From Chiloscyllium plagiosum (taxonomy: Eukaryota): a DNA stretch of 64,000 nt. Below, piece by piece: positions 50,864 to 62,647 of the stretch. The position numbers and the translations under genes were made by a program. The notes beneath the pieces were generated by a model that did no database searches, was not told the DNA's origin, and worked only from the letters and a program-made list of their open reading frames with translations. Where the stretch lies: the NCBI RefSeq assembly GCF_004010195.1, contig NC_057752.1, positions 603,908 through 667,907 on the forward strand, given 5' to 3'. Every line of letters begins with the position of its first letter. The stretch's first letter is position 1.

Positions 50864-52917
50864 GTGAGCAGATGCATCTGCCTGGAATTTTAGCTGAGAA
50901 CGCACACACCACCAGCTTTTTAAAACAAAATACCTCTTACTTTTGACGCGATCTGTTTAACGGAATCTCTCACCGTTTTTGAAACGGTTCGAATTGTGTC
51001 GTAAATGCGCAGTTTAATGGCAAAGTTTTATTTTAAAATTTCCCCCAATTACCCTCGCTGCCTTGTTTCCACAGCTGCTGCAGTATCCCTCAGTGATCTA
51101 ATACAATCCTTGAAGCTGTGATGTAAACTTCATCGTGGGAACATTTTTAATTGTATCCCAGGCAGTGGGTTGTGACGCGATGTGTTTTTGTCTCGAGGTA
51201 GCGCACGGGAAATTCGAGCAGTTCTTCCATATGGTTCAATGGGATGTCGGACAGGTGTAATTTCGCACTTTAAGGGCGTCTTGCCATTGAACATCAGTAA
51301 AGCGAAGCAACTGTTCAGTTTCCCAACACTAGGATCTGTTTTCTTTTCAACCTAGAAGCTGATTATGGATGCCTGTGTGTAGTAAATAGTTTTTGCTTAT
51401 TTGTGTGATGTTTTATTTGCTTACATCTGAGTGTCTCCAGGAGTGTTTTGTTTCTTGATATAAATCCCCCCTCCCTCACACTTACAGCTACACGATTAAA
51501 ACTCCATTGACTAAGGCTTTAAAATAGTTTTATATTTGAATATGTTTTTATAAAATTCTCTGTTCATTGAATGCTGTCTGCATTTGCTGAAGTAGGAGGA
51601 ACATGGGCCTCCCTTGTTTGTCTGTGTAATTATCCAGGAGGTTTGCTGGACTTGTGCCAAATCTCCAGAGCAGATTTACCTGAAGTTCTGAACCAAATAT
51701 TGCTTGTTAACGTTTGAGGGGAGGAAATCATCACAAGCAAAATAATTTCCCAAAGAGCAATGGATAGAGAAAACTAAGTAATGAAGAATGGAATTTAGTT
51801 GAAGCCAATCCTGTTGTCATTTCTTATTTGGAAGAAAAATATGGTGTGAAGATAGGATTCAGATGGAATGCAGCAAGTACCTCTTACTCTGACACCAGAA
51901 TGTCAACAAAAATCCCATCAGATTTCAAAAATTGTTGCTGGATACATAATAAATTAGTTCTGAGGAATAGTCACTGTTTTGTATCCAACAATGACATCCA
52001 TTTTGCCTACAGTAAAGCAATAAATTACAACGACAGTGTTTTTGACGGTATTGGTTGAGGAGGTGAGGAATGTTGCTCAGAACATTGGGAGAACAACCAA
52101 CTTTTTTTTGTTAAACATACCGCAACACAAAGAAAAGGATAACATCTGTTCCCAAATGGTTTACTTTTAAAAATTCATTGGTTTAATTCCTGCAATGAGG
52201 ACACCAGATCAGGCAAATATCTTGACTGGAAACATAACTGTTTCTATTTTCTGCAGTGTGGAAGATCCAAGCTGTTAAATGCCCAATCTTATCTGTTGCA
52301 AGCATCAGTTATATATTGGTAAATGATATAATTTGTTGATCTGCATTTTTCAGTTTGGCATTTAGAACTGTATGTAAAATAACTGAGGAAGGAAGTGGTC
52401 TCGCACAGATTCAGCCCACAGCAAGGGCCTACTTGCTTTAGGGGAGTGTAGAACAAGAATGAGATTATAACTTGGTACAACCTACTTATACTGCTGTAAA
52501 AAGAAATCTGTATCAAAAAGCATGATTTTACAATTCCAAAATTATCAACAAAACACCAATGGGGAAATGGGTTATCTATCTGGTTCCTATTAAATCACCA
52601 AGTTAAACACTTGTCATCAAACAAATTGATAATGCCTAACATTTGTTGTACTGTCAGCAAATATCAGTGCTGACTACTATTGTTGTGTACAAGTGACAGC
52701 AATTTCAGTGTTCACACATACACAGACAAACTCAGAAATCAGCAAGTTGCTATCTGTACAGCGTACTATCCCACAGGGTGTACTTTTTCAGTCTTCACAC
52801 ATACAATTAATGCAGAATCAATGACTTGACATGAATTTAACCTTTTTGTTTATTGTTCTTACTGTAAAAAAATTGAAAATATTAAGACTTGACAAATGGA
52901 ATGCAACTAATTTTTAA

Positions 52918-53975
52918 GACCGTAGGAGCAGAAATTAGGCCATTCAGCCCATTGAGTCTGCTCCACCATTCAAACCTGGCTGATAAGTTTTTCAACCCCA
53001 TTCTCCTGCTTTCTCCTCATAACCCTTGATTCCCTTGCTAATCAAGAACCTATCTATCTCAGTCTTAAATTTACTCAATGACTTGGCCTCTACAGCTTCC
53101 TGTGGCAATAAATTCCATATATTCACCACTCTGGCTGACAAGGTTTCTCCTTATCTCCATTCTAAAAGGTCTCCCCTTTACTCTAAAGCTGTGCCCTCAG
53201 GTGCTAGTCTCTCCTACCAATGGAAACATCTTCCCAACATCCACTCTGTCCAGGCCATTCAATATTCTGTAAGTTTCAATTAGTTCCCCCTCATCCATCT
53301 AAATTCCATCGCGTATGGACCCAGAGTCCTCAAACATTCCTCATTTGTTAAACTTTTTATTCCTGGGACCATTCTCGTGAACCTCCTCTGAACATGCTCC
53401 AGGGCCAGTACGTCCCTCCTGAGATATGGGGCACAAAACTGCATTCAACACTCCAAATGTGGTCTGACCGGAGCTCTATAGAGCCTCAGAAGTACATCCC
53501 TACTTTTATATTCAAATCCTCTCAAAATAAATGCCATCATTGCATTTGCCTTCCTAACTACTAACTCAACCTGCAAGTTTACCTTGAGAGAATCCTGGAC
53601 TAGAATTCTCAAGTCTTTTTGCATTTCAGACTTCTGAATTTTCTCCCCATTTAGAAAATAGTCCATGCCTCCTTTCTTCCTACCAAGGTGCATGTCCTCA
53701 CACTTTCCCACGTTGTACTCCATCTGCCACTTCTTTGCCCACTCTCCTAACCTGTGCAAATCCTTCTGCAGCCTCTCCGCCTCCTCAATGCTACTTGTTC
53801 CTCTGCCTATCTTTGTATCATCTGCAAATGTAGCCAGCATGCCCTCAGTTCCTTCATCTCAATCGTTAATATATAAAGTGGAAAGTTGTGGTCCCAACAC
53901 TGCCTTGCGGAACACCACTTGTCACCGGCTGCCATCCTGAGAAAGACCCTTTTATCCCCACTCTCTGCTTTCTGG
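52918..53975 (-). mobile_element. CR1 LINE 3' portion
   Basis: LATFADDTKIG and RPHLEC peptides. Confidence 0.92.
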
Positions 53976-56914
53976 GTACTAAGTCATAATTAATGCTGAA
54001 CAATCTATGGACTCAGAAAATTGGAGTATCTCACCTCAAATAACATTTTAAACATTCCATGATATTAAAATCATTTTTTAAAATTAGATTTAATTTGAAG
54101 TTGAAATACTTATGTATGTATTTGAATCTTTTAGATTACTGTAAAGCAATTAAGTAGTGATTTATTATCTCTACTTTTTTACTCCCTGATTTACTGTCTT
54201 TGAGAGTTCTTTGATTCAGTTGGCTGCTCAGCTGATTGAATATTTTGCTGTTCCCCCACAAAACTTATGTTGGCAATGTTCTTCAAATTCAACACTGAGC
54301 ATTATGTCCTTGTTGCTGACTGCATAGTCAGGTCCATCTGTGTCTCTGCACCCCCTACGCTGTCTGTCGTTGCACACGTCACTTCTATAAACAGCATTCT
54401 GTAAACCTTACTTGTGTGTGAATTTGTTATGCCCCATTACAGTTGTGCCCCAAATGGATAAATAGAACAGTCTAAGTCTGGAATTACATTGTATTAGTGC
54501 TGCTGCCACCACCCTGACACCTGCCTTGGTTCTGAGCCTTAAATGAAGCAGTACCTAAAATATCTGATCAGCACAGACCAAGAATTTGCAAGATCACATT
54601 TTCAATCCCTGGTCTCTGCTGATGAAGCTGATCTACTACTGACCTTCTCAAAGGTGACAGTATTAGTCACAATGATTCTGCAAGTGTAAATGGAAAGTCT
54701 GCCAGAGTTCCTGCTTTGGGTCACTATCCAGTAACTGGATTTGGCAGGTCTGTGTGGACATTGGATGAAGTCAGGATTGGGCTTACTTGTGATGTCTGCT
54801 GTTATCAAATAGTCTCCTGGCACACAGAAGCCATGATAAAAAATGAATAATGGTCCACAAGTTCAATTTAGAAACTGGCAGTTGAAGACTAAGGCTCTAC
54901 CATGAAATATTCTCAGGAAAGTGGGAAGATTGAGGTTGAATTTAGGAACTGACAATGGAAGATCACATCCAAATTCCCATGTCAAGTTAGGGAGCTTTGG
55001 AGAATAAATTGACAGTGCTAACTATTCTCAAAAGATCATAGAAGTAAATTTCTCTCATCAAAAGTGGATGTAGCTTTACTCTGCGTTGGTCCATGTTATA
55101 CTTGTTGTGACACCGCTTTCACTTGCATGCCTCATGACATGGGAACTTTGCTATTTTTTTCCTCTGCTTTTCATCTAGGAAATGGTTACTCTGGGCTGTT
55201 TCCATAACAGAGATCTTTTTAATACAGAGGATTCATTAGTCTCCTTCCTAACTGTCCAGTTGGATGTCAACGAAATACAATGTGTTGGGGCAAGGGGGGA
55301 ATGGGTGTACTCCATTAGATGTCTGGCTGGTTACATGGAGGCTTGAGCTCTGATCTGCTTGCTGAGTGCTGTTGGCACTGGATCACCAAATTGTCATGGT
55401 CCATTCTTTAGCTGAGACATCCTCCACTTTTTTTAGCACAATCCAGTCCTCTTCCTCTTTAAAAAAAATAGATCAAATAAAGTAGCTTTATCCTAAGCTG
55501 TGGCATTTTATTTTTAAAAGCCGTATTAAACTCCTGAGTTCATGAAATGTTGAGTTTCTTTTACATTTCCTGGTTAGAAACTGGAAAAATCAGAATAATG
55601 GCATAACTGTGTGATATAGATGGATATATCAGTAAATACTCTTTGCAACATGAGAATTGCCCATATGACCAGTTGGATTCCAGTTTCATCCATGGTCTAT
55701 GCTCATCTGTTTAGACAGGCTGAAAGATGTTAAAAGTCTGCGTCTGTGTGGACAACGGACAGCTTGTTTTTTAAAAAAGCAAAATTTTGCTACTCAAAAA
55801 AAGTCCACAGTTGTTTTTTTTCTCCTGATGAATATTCAGTGACTCCTGTTGCAAAATGTGCTGTGTGGTTATTGGGTGAGGACAAGAGTGGACTAAGCTC
55901 TGATGACCCTGTTATTGAATGGCATGCCAACATGCCTTCTCTGGCTAGTGCTTGAAGAATGGTGACTTGAAGAATGGCTAGCATTTGTAGAACTGTACAT
56001 CAAGAAGAAGTTAGCACTTGCACCAGTTATGTAGTCAGTGTGAAAACATATTGTATCTAATGGCTGTGTAACCTGCATCTTTCCAGCTGTTTGTGTTTTG
56101 GCAGGGCCAGAAAACACTCAAAAATGTTAATGCTGCACCCTGGAGAATGACACAATTAAAAAGTTTGCGCAAAAGACCCTGCATAGGCCCCCCCTCACCA
56201 TCATAGAGAAAAATTACTGGGACAGATTATTTTAAAAATCCAGTCAGAAGGAGGCCTGGCTGAGCTTGTCTTTTAACTGCATCGATAGAGGCGGACCGCA
56301 GGAACCTTGAGCGTTCAAGGTATCCACGAGCCTCAAGAATTCTTAATTTGGGTTTTAGAGATTCCCATGCTAAATGTAAACATTGCAGGTTTCACACTGC
56401 ACAATGAAATACATCAGATTTTATGACACATAGCAGTAGCAGTAAAATTGGCTCCATAGGTACACTGAACAGAAAAGATACTGTTCAGATGTGAAATGTT
56501 GCAAATATGTCAGACTGCGGATGTGGGAGGTGGGCGGGGGCAGGAAACAGACAGAAGGTTGAATTACAAACTGCATGGTTTTGTGGTCCTTGAGCTTTTA
56601 TTTCTTATGAACGATAGGTTTGAACAGAAGGCTGAAAAAATCCCACTATTTTCTGAAGGATTGAACAGGATCATGCCTACAGCTTATCACTAAAGGAGAC
56701 TAAATCCATAAGCGCTCGACTGCTATGCTACCAGATCTGAATCATGTTCTCCCTGAGAAATCCATTTCCTGTTCATGTCTAATGTTATTTTCTTGTCTAA
56801 TTCTGGCAACTGTCCAAAATAAGGTTTTCTGTGCATGTAATGTTGAATAGTCCCATCCACTGTATGCTTTGCTAGAAGCCTTGTATCATATGTTGAGTGT
56901 TGACGTTATCATTG

Positions 56915-57460
56915 ACATATGAAAATATAGGAGGCATGGTTGCTAAGTTTGCGTATGACACCAAAATTGGTGGCATAGTGGACAGTGAAGAAGGTTATCT
57001 AAGATTAGAAAGAAATTGTGATCAATTGGGTCAATGGGCTGGGGAGTGGTGGATGGAATTTAATTCAGAAAAATGTGAGTTATTGCATTTTGGCAAAACA
57101 AACAAGGCCGGGACTTACTACCCAGGGCCCTACCATCAATTGTAGAACAGAGCGACCTAGGGATTCAGGTACATAGTTCTTTGAAATTTGCGTCATCAGT
57201 AGACAGAGTGGTTAAAAGCGTTTAGCATGCTTGTCTTCATTGCTCAGACCTTTGCATAGGAGTTGGGGCATCATCTTGAGGTTGTATAGGACATTGGTGA
57301 GGCCTCTTCTGGAATACTGTGTGCAGTTCTAGTCGCCTTGTTATAGGAAGGATATTATTAAACTGGAGACAGTTCAGAAAAGATTTACCAGGATGTTGCT
57401 GGGAATGGAGGGGTTTGAGTTATAAAAATAGGCTGAATAGGCTGGAACCTTTTTTTTAAC
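56915..57460 (+). mobile_element. CR1 LINE RT fragment
   Basis: KFAYDTKIGG..LHFGKTN peptide. Confidence 0.88.
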
Positions 57461-58267
57461 TGGTTATAGGTTAAAATTAATGATGTTTTATCTCAATGCA
57501 AAAGTTTGATTCAAGATAGAAAAATTAATGACACAAACAGAATAATTAGCTTGGTCTAATAGCAATTATAGAGACATAGTTGCATGGTGACCAAGGTTGT
57601 GAACTAAATATTGTGATGTAGTTGTTGTTTAAAAAACACAAAATGGTACAGGAGTGGGGATTGTGGTGGGGGTGGACTCAATCATAAAGAATGAAATAAG
57701 AACAATACTGAGAAAGGATGTTAGCTTGGAAGAGCAGCAAATAGAATCAGTATCGGTGAAGATGAGAAATAATGGGACAGAAAACTAAAAGTAGTTTATA
57801 GGCGTCTTAACAGTAGCTGTACTATTGGACAGAATGCTAATACATAAGAGGAACTTATAACAATACAATGTAATAATCATAAGGGGACTTAAATCTTCAT
57901 GTGATTGGACAAATTAAATTGACAGTTGTAGTTTGGAGGACAGATGAATAAAATGCATTTGAAATAGTTTTCTAGAACAATTCATTCTGGGGAAAAAATG
58001 GAACATGCAACTTTAGATGTTGTCTTCTGAAAGGAAACAGAATTGCTTAGTAATCTAATAATGAGGGTTTTTCGAGGGAAGAGTGACCATGATTTGGTAG
58101 AATTTCACATTGAGTTTGAGAGTGATTTGCTTAAGTATGAAATAAGTGTATTAAACATAAAGCCATTACATGGGTATGTATTTGATGAATGAACTCTATG
58201 CATATTCAGCCACTTTGAGTTGGTGTCCACAATGACTAAGAACTTTGATCCCGTGAAAGGACCTGCG

Positions 58268-58782
58268 TAGAGATGTACAGCACGGAAACAGACCCTTCGG
58301 TCCAACTCGTCCATGCCAACCAGATATCCCAACCCAATCTAGTCCCATCTGCCAGAACCTGGCCCATATCCCTCCAAACCCTTCCTATTCATATACCCAT
58401 CCAGATGCCTTTTAAATATTGCAATTGTACTAGCCTCCAACCACTTCCTCTGGTAGCTCATTCCATACACGTACCACCCTCTGCATGAAAAAGTTGCCCC
58501 TTAGGTCCCTTTTATATCTTTCCCCTCTCACCCTAAAACTATGCCCTCTAGTTCTGGACTCCCACACCCCAGGGAAAAGACTTTTTTATTTATCCTATCC
58601 ATACCCCTCATGATTTTATAAACCTCTATATGTTCACCACTCAGCCTCCGATGCTCCGGGGAAAACAGCCCTAGCCTATTCAACCTCTCCCTATAGCTCA
58701 AATCCTCCAACTCTGGCAAGATTCTTGTAAATCTTTTCTGAACCCTTTCAAGTTTCACAACATCTTTCCGATAGGAAGGTGA
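58268..58782 (-). mobile_element. Younger CR1 3' end inserted in the Gypsy integrase
   Basis: Matches the 41087-41610 subfamily. Confidence 0.9.
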
Positions 58783-59979
58783 CCAGGTTGCAGCTGGGCT
58801 TACTGGGATTTCCCACTGGAATGCTCCCCAGTGCTGAATCGTGGCTGGTGAGGAACTGCAACAGAACTGCTGGGTTTTGCTTGGTCTGTGGTGGTGGTGG
58901 TGGAAGAGAGACAGGGAGGGGGTTTGTGGAGAGAAGAGAGAAGGAAGTAGAGAGGAATAAAGGTTGAGAAGAAGATAAGGGAGGAGGGTTGGCAAGGATC
59001 CCACAGAAGTGAATGGAGACGGCTTCTCAGGGAATAGTGGCAGAAACATGTAACCGAGTCCAGGGTTTACCCGGCCATTCTCACAAATGTGGGGGCAGCT
59101 GCTGGTAGTAATTCTTGTCCTTGTTGGCACTCAGGGCACTGCCCCACCAATACGGCCATGTCTGCATCCAATCCTGGTCACCAGACATAACTTCTCACCA
59201 GCACCTACATTTTGGAAACCCCCAGATGATCCTGGTGGAATTCGGCTGGTATCAAGTGGCAACCTTTGCTCAAGACAATCACTCTTGCTCCCCATAATAA
59301 TATGCCAGCCTCTATGGTGATAGATCTCGCTGGGTCCAGAAAGGTTTGAATTCTGGTGTTGTGATGGCCTTTCTGTTTTCCCAGACAGGATCTTTTTGTG
59401 TCCACAGTCTGATATTGTCAGTGGTGACCGGAAGAGTGTCCAGAAAGTTTAAAACCAGAATGGACTCTTCCAGTGGCGGCACCACTGGTGGTGTATTCGC
59501 AGTGAGAGGTGGCTCAGGTTTTCCACACTTGCTACTTGGCCTCCCAGATGGTGTTCCAACTTGCTGTCTCGAGTCTGCGTACTGGCACCAACTTCAATGG
59601 CCTGCTGGCCCGACCTCGAGAAAATTTGACCGTTTAGCTGAGGCTTGTCTTTGTTTTGGAGCTTTGATGTGGGCTGACATCGGGTCCCTCTGTTCACGAT
59701 ATGTCCTGAGTGAGGCTATGCAATTGCTTTCACTCAGGTGGCGTCCCTCAAGCTCATTTGGCCTGGCGAGGGTATCCATTTCCATGAGCATACCCTATAA
59801 CTCATATGCTCAACTTGCCATATTTTCTAATGTCAAAGCCAGTTGCAATACCTGTTTGAAGTCCAGTTGGGCTTCAGCTAGTAGGCGTTTTTGCATGGTT
59901 ACATCCTTAATCCCACTTTCGTTGTGACTGAAACAACTCCACAAAAGCTGGTATCCCATCAAGTCATCCTGTTTATGCA

Positions 59980-60188
59980 GAGTTAAAAATCACACAACAC
60001 CGGGTTATAGTCCAACAAGTTTATTTTGAAGTACAAGCTTCGGGAGTGCTGCTCCTTCATCACTATCTATTTGACAAAGGAACAGCACTCCCAAAGCTTG
60101 TACTTCGAAATAAATCTGAACTATAACCTGGTGTTGTGTGTTTTTTAACTTTGTCCACCCCAGTCCAACACTGGCACCTCCACATTTT
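59980..60188. mobile_element. Fold-back Penelope pLTR insertion
   Basis: Inverted arms; 10-bp TSD tgtttatgca (59970-59979 and 60189-60198). Confidence 0.82.
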
Positions 60189-61719
60189 TGTTTATGCATG
60201 CATAGTACTTGACACTGGTCCAACTAGCACAGGCTCCTACAGTGAACAGAATCCCCGACATTCCTATTTATTTATTTACTTTTTTAATAACTTATTTTCC
60301 TAATCAATCTGTTTAGAGATGTTATTACACATCTCTTGAGCAGGTGGGATCTCAGCCCAGACCTCCAGTTCAGGGATAGGGACACTACCTAAGGACCATA
60401 AGAGGGCCTGTTCACTCCTGTTTATAGCTGTCAGCCAGGACTCTCTAATTGGACCAGGTTAACAGCTCCAATTAGGGAACTAATACTATGAGATCCATCT
60501 GGCTGACCTTGTTCCAATCAGTACAGGGTCTTCAGAGATGGTGAATGTACTAGTTGTGATTGTCCAAAATTATTGAGATTCTAGGATATCTGAAAGGTAG
60601 AAAGTGTAACATTGCTATTTAGGAATAGCATGTGTGTTTGTGTGCGGGGGTGGGGGATGAGCGCAGTGCACAGGGGAAGAATAGGAAAAACTGCAAAGCG
60701 GTTAATCTTATTCATTAATAAGTTAGTGATTAGAAGATCATTGTGTGATTATGCAGATTTGGCATGATTTTATGAAAGAAAAGTTGTGCACAAATATGTC
60801 AATTTCTTTGAGGATGCAATCATCAAAGTAGATAGAGGAAACCAAAGATGTAATATAAGTGAATTTTCAAAGGTGGTCACTAACCTGTCACACAAAAGGT
60901 TTTTGATAAGGGCTCATGAGATCGGAATAATATATTATTCTGTAGAAGTAATTGGTTAAAGGATGAATAAAAGGAAATAAAGAGGTAATTTTCAGATTGG
61001 CATGCTGTTGCTAATGGGGTTCCACAAGGACTGTACTGGGACTTCACTCATTTACGGTCTATATGAATAACTTGAATGTAGGAATGGCATGTAATGTACT
61101 CAAGCATTCTGATGTTTCAAAAATAGGTGAAAAAGTAGATTATGAGGAGGGTCCAAAGTAACTGCATTGGGACATAGGCAATTTAGTGAATGGAAAAGAA
61201 GGTGGCAGGTGGCATGCAAAATTGTTTACTTTGTAGTATTAGGATACAATATTTTTAAAATGGTGAGGACCTATTAAAAAGTGGTACTCCATGGGTGTCC
61301 TTATACATAAAACACGAAAAGTTAACATGAGGGCACAGAAAGCAATTAAGAAAGCAAGTAGGATGTTGGTTTTCATTGCAAGGATTTGGAGTCCAAGAGT
61401 AAGGAACGCAATCATAGAGAGCTTTGGTGAGACCACATCTGGATTACTGTGTACAATTTTGAATCTAAGGAAGAATATATTTTCATTTGAGATTATGCAA
61501 TGAAATCTCATTGAATTGATTCTTCAGAAGAGGGATTGGTTCTGTGAAGAGAGCTTGTACAGAATTGACCTTTACTCTTTAGAAGCATGAGATGATCTCA
61601 CTGACAAGTACAAGATTCTGAGATGGTTTTTTTTTCCCCTGACCGGAGAGTCGAGAACAAGGGGACAAAGTCTCATGATGAAAGATTGGCCATTCAGGAC
61701 TGGGATTTTAAAATTTTTT

Positions 61720-61942
61720 TAATAGAATCTCCACAGTGTGGAAACAGGCCATTTGGCCCAATAAGTCAACACCAACCCTCCACAGAGCATCCCACCCGGA
61801 CCCATCCCCGTCCCCATCCCCCTACTCTATCCCTGTAACCCTACATTTCCCATGGCTAATGCACCTAACCTACGCATCCCTAAACACTATGGATAATTTA
61901 GCATGGCCAATCCACTGAACTTGCACATCTTTGGACTGTAGG
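61720..61942 (-). mobile_element. HE1-type SINE 3' part
   Basis: Reverse of the HE1 body and tail. Confidence 0.8.
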
Positions 61943-62349
61943 GAATGTTCAATTCTTCAGTATACTCAGGAATGAAATCAGTCAATTTTAGAAGATACTA
62001 GGGAATCACTAAGGTTATTAGGATAGGGCAAGAATGTCAAGTCAATAATGAGCCATAATCTTCTGGAATGACAGTGTAGGTTTGATGGATTGTATGACCT
62101 CGTATTGCTCCTATTTCTTAGGTTTCTATGTGTTAATTGACTGACTGGATCTAATTGGCAAAATGACACAGTGAACAGTTAAAATGGCGTCCCATCTGTT
62201 GACTTATTATAGATAATTGTTTTGGAAGACTATGCAATTTTCTAAGCTCTCTTTGGTAAACTGGTTAGCAAGGTTAGATCTCATGGAACACAGGGAGAAC
62301 TAGCCATTTTGATACAGAACTGGCTCCAAGGTAAAAGACAGAGGATGGT

Positions 62350-62647
62350 CAAAGTTTGTGCGAAGATTTGTAGCTCAGGTGCTCGTTGTTGTGGTTCTGT
62401 TCGCCGAGCTGGGAAATTGTGTTGCAGACGTTTCGTCCCCTGTCTAGGTGGCATCCTCAGTGCTTGGAAGCCTCCTGTGAAGTGCTTCTGTGATCTTTTC
62501 TCTGGCATTTATAACCACTATAAATGCCGGAGAAAAGATCACAGAAGCGCTTCACAGGAGGCTCCCAAGCACTGAGGATGCCACCTAGACAGGGGACGAA
62601 ACGTCTGCAACACAATTTCCCAGCTCGGCGAACAGAACCACAACAAC
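62350..62647. mobile_element. Palindromic Penelope-derived insertion with two mirrored hammerheads
   Basis: 129-bp arms (62385-62513 and 62519-62647) with about 3 mismatches and a 5-nt loop; imperfect TSD acagaggatggt / acagagggtgat. Confidence 0.85.
62569..62608 (+). ncRNA. Minimal type-I hammerhead ribozyme (mirror copy at 62424-62463 on -)
   Basis: GCA-CUGAGGA-U-[imperfect stem II]-GAAAC-GUC/UGC, with ACGU palindrome. Confidence 0.7.

Larger units (their letters stand above)
58175..60525 (-). mobile_element. Internally deleted Gypsy LTR retrotransposon
   Basis: Gag (GIKDVTMQKRLLAEAQLDFKQVLQLAL), integrase zinc finger (RSYVWWPGLDADM..CPEC) and integrase core (YAGPF..FLVIVD..SKW); LTR-like segment near 59925-60525. 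Confidence 0.8.
57560..62130 (+). mobile_element. Old, highly degraded CR1 LINE interrupted by nested elements
   Basis: Endonuclease-like sequence at 57560-58170; RT-like sequence resumes at about 60530 (ggggttccacaagga; KKASRML). Confidence 0.6.

Noticed and set aside
50458..50946. 162-aa single-exon ORF
   Set aside because: Non-ATG start; only 50701-50863 is homologous and the rest is UTR or intron.
55820..55905. C/D-box snoRNA (TGATGA...CTGA)
   Set aside because: Imperfect C box, no terminal stem and no recognisable guide sequence.
58528..59927. 200-aa and 193-aa ORFs as host genes
   Set aside because: Chimeric or antisense readings of CR1 and Gypsy debris.
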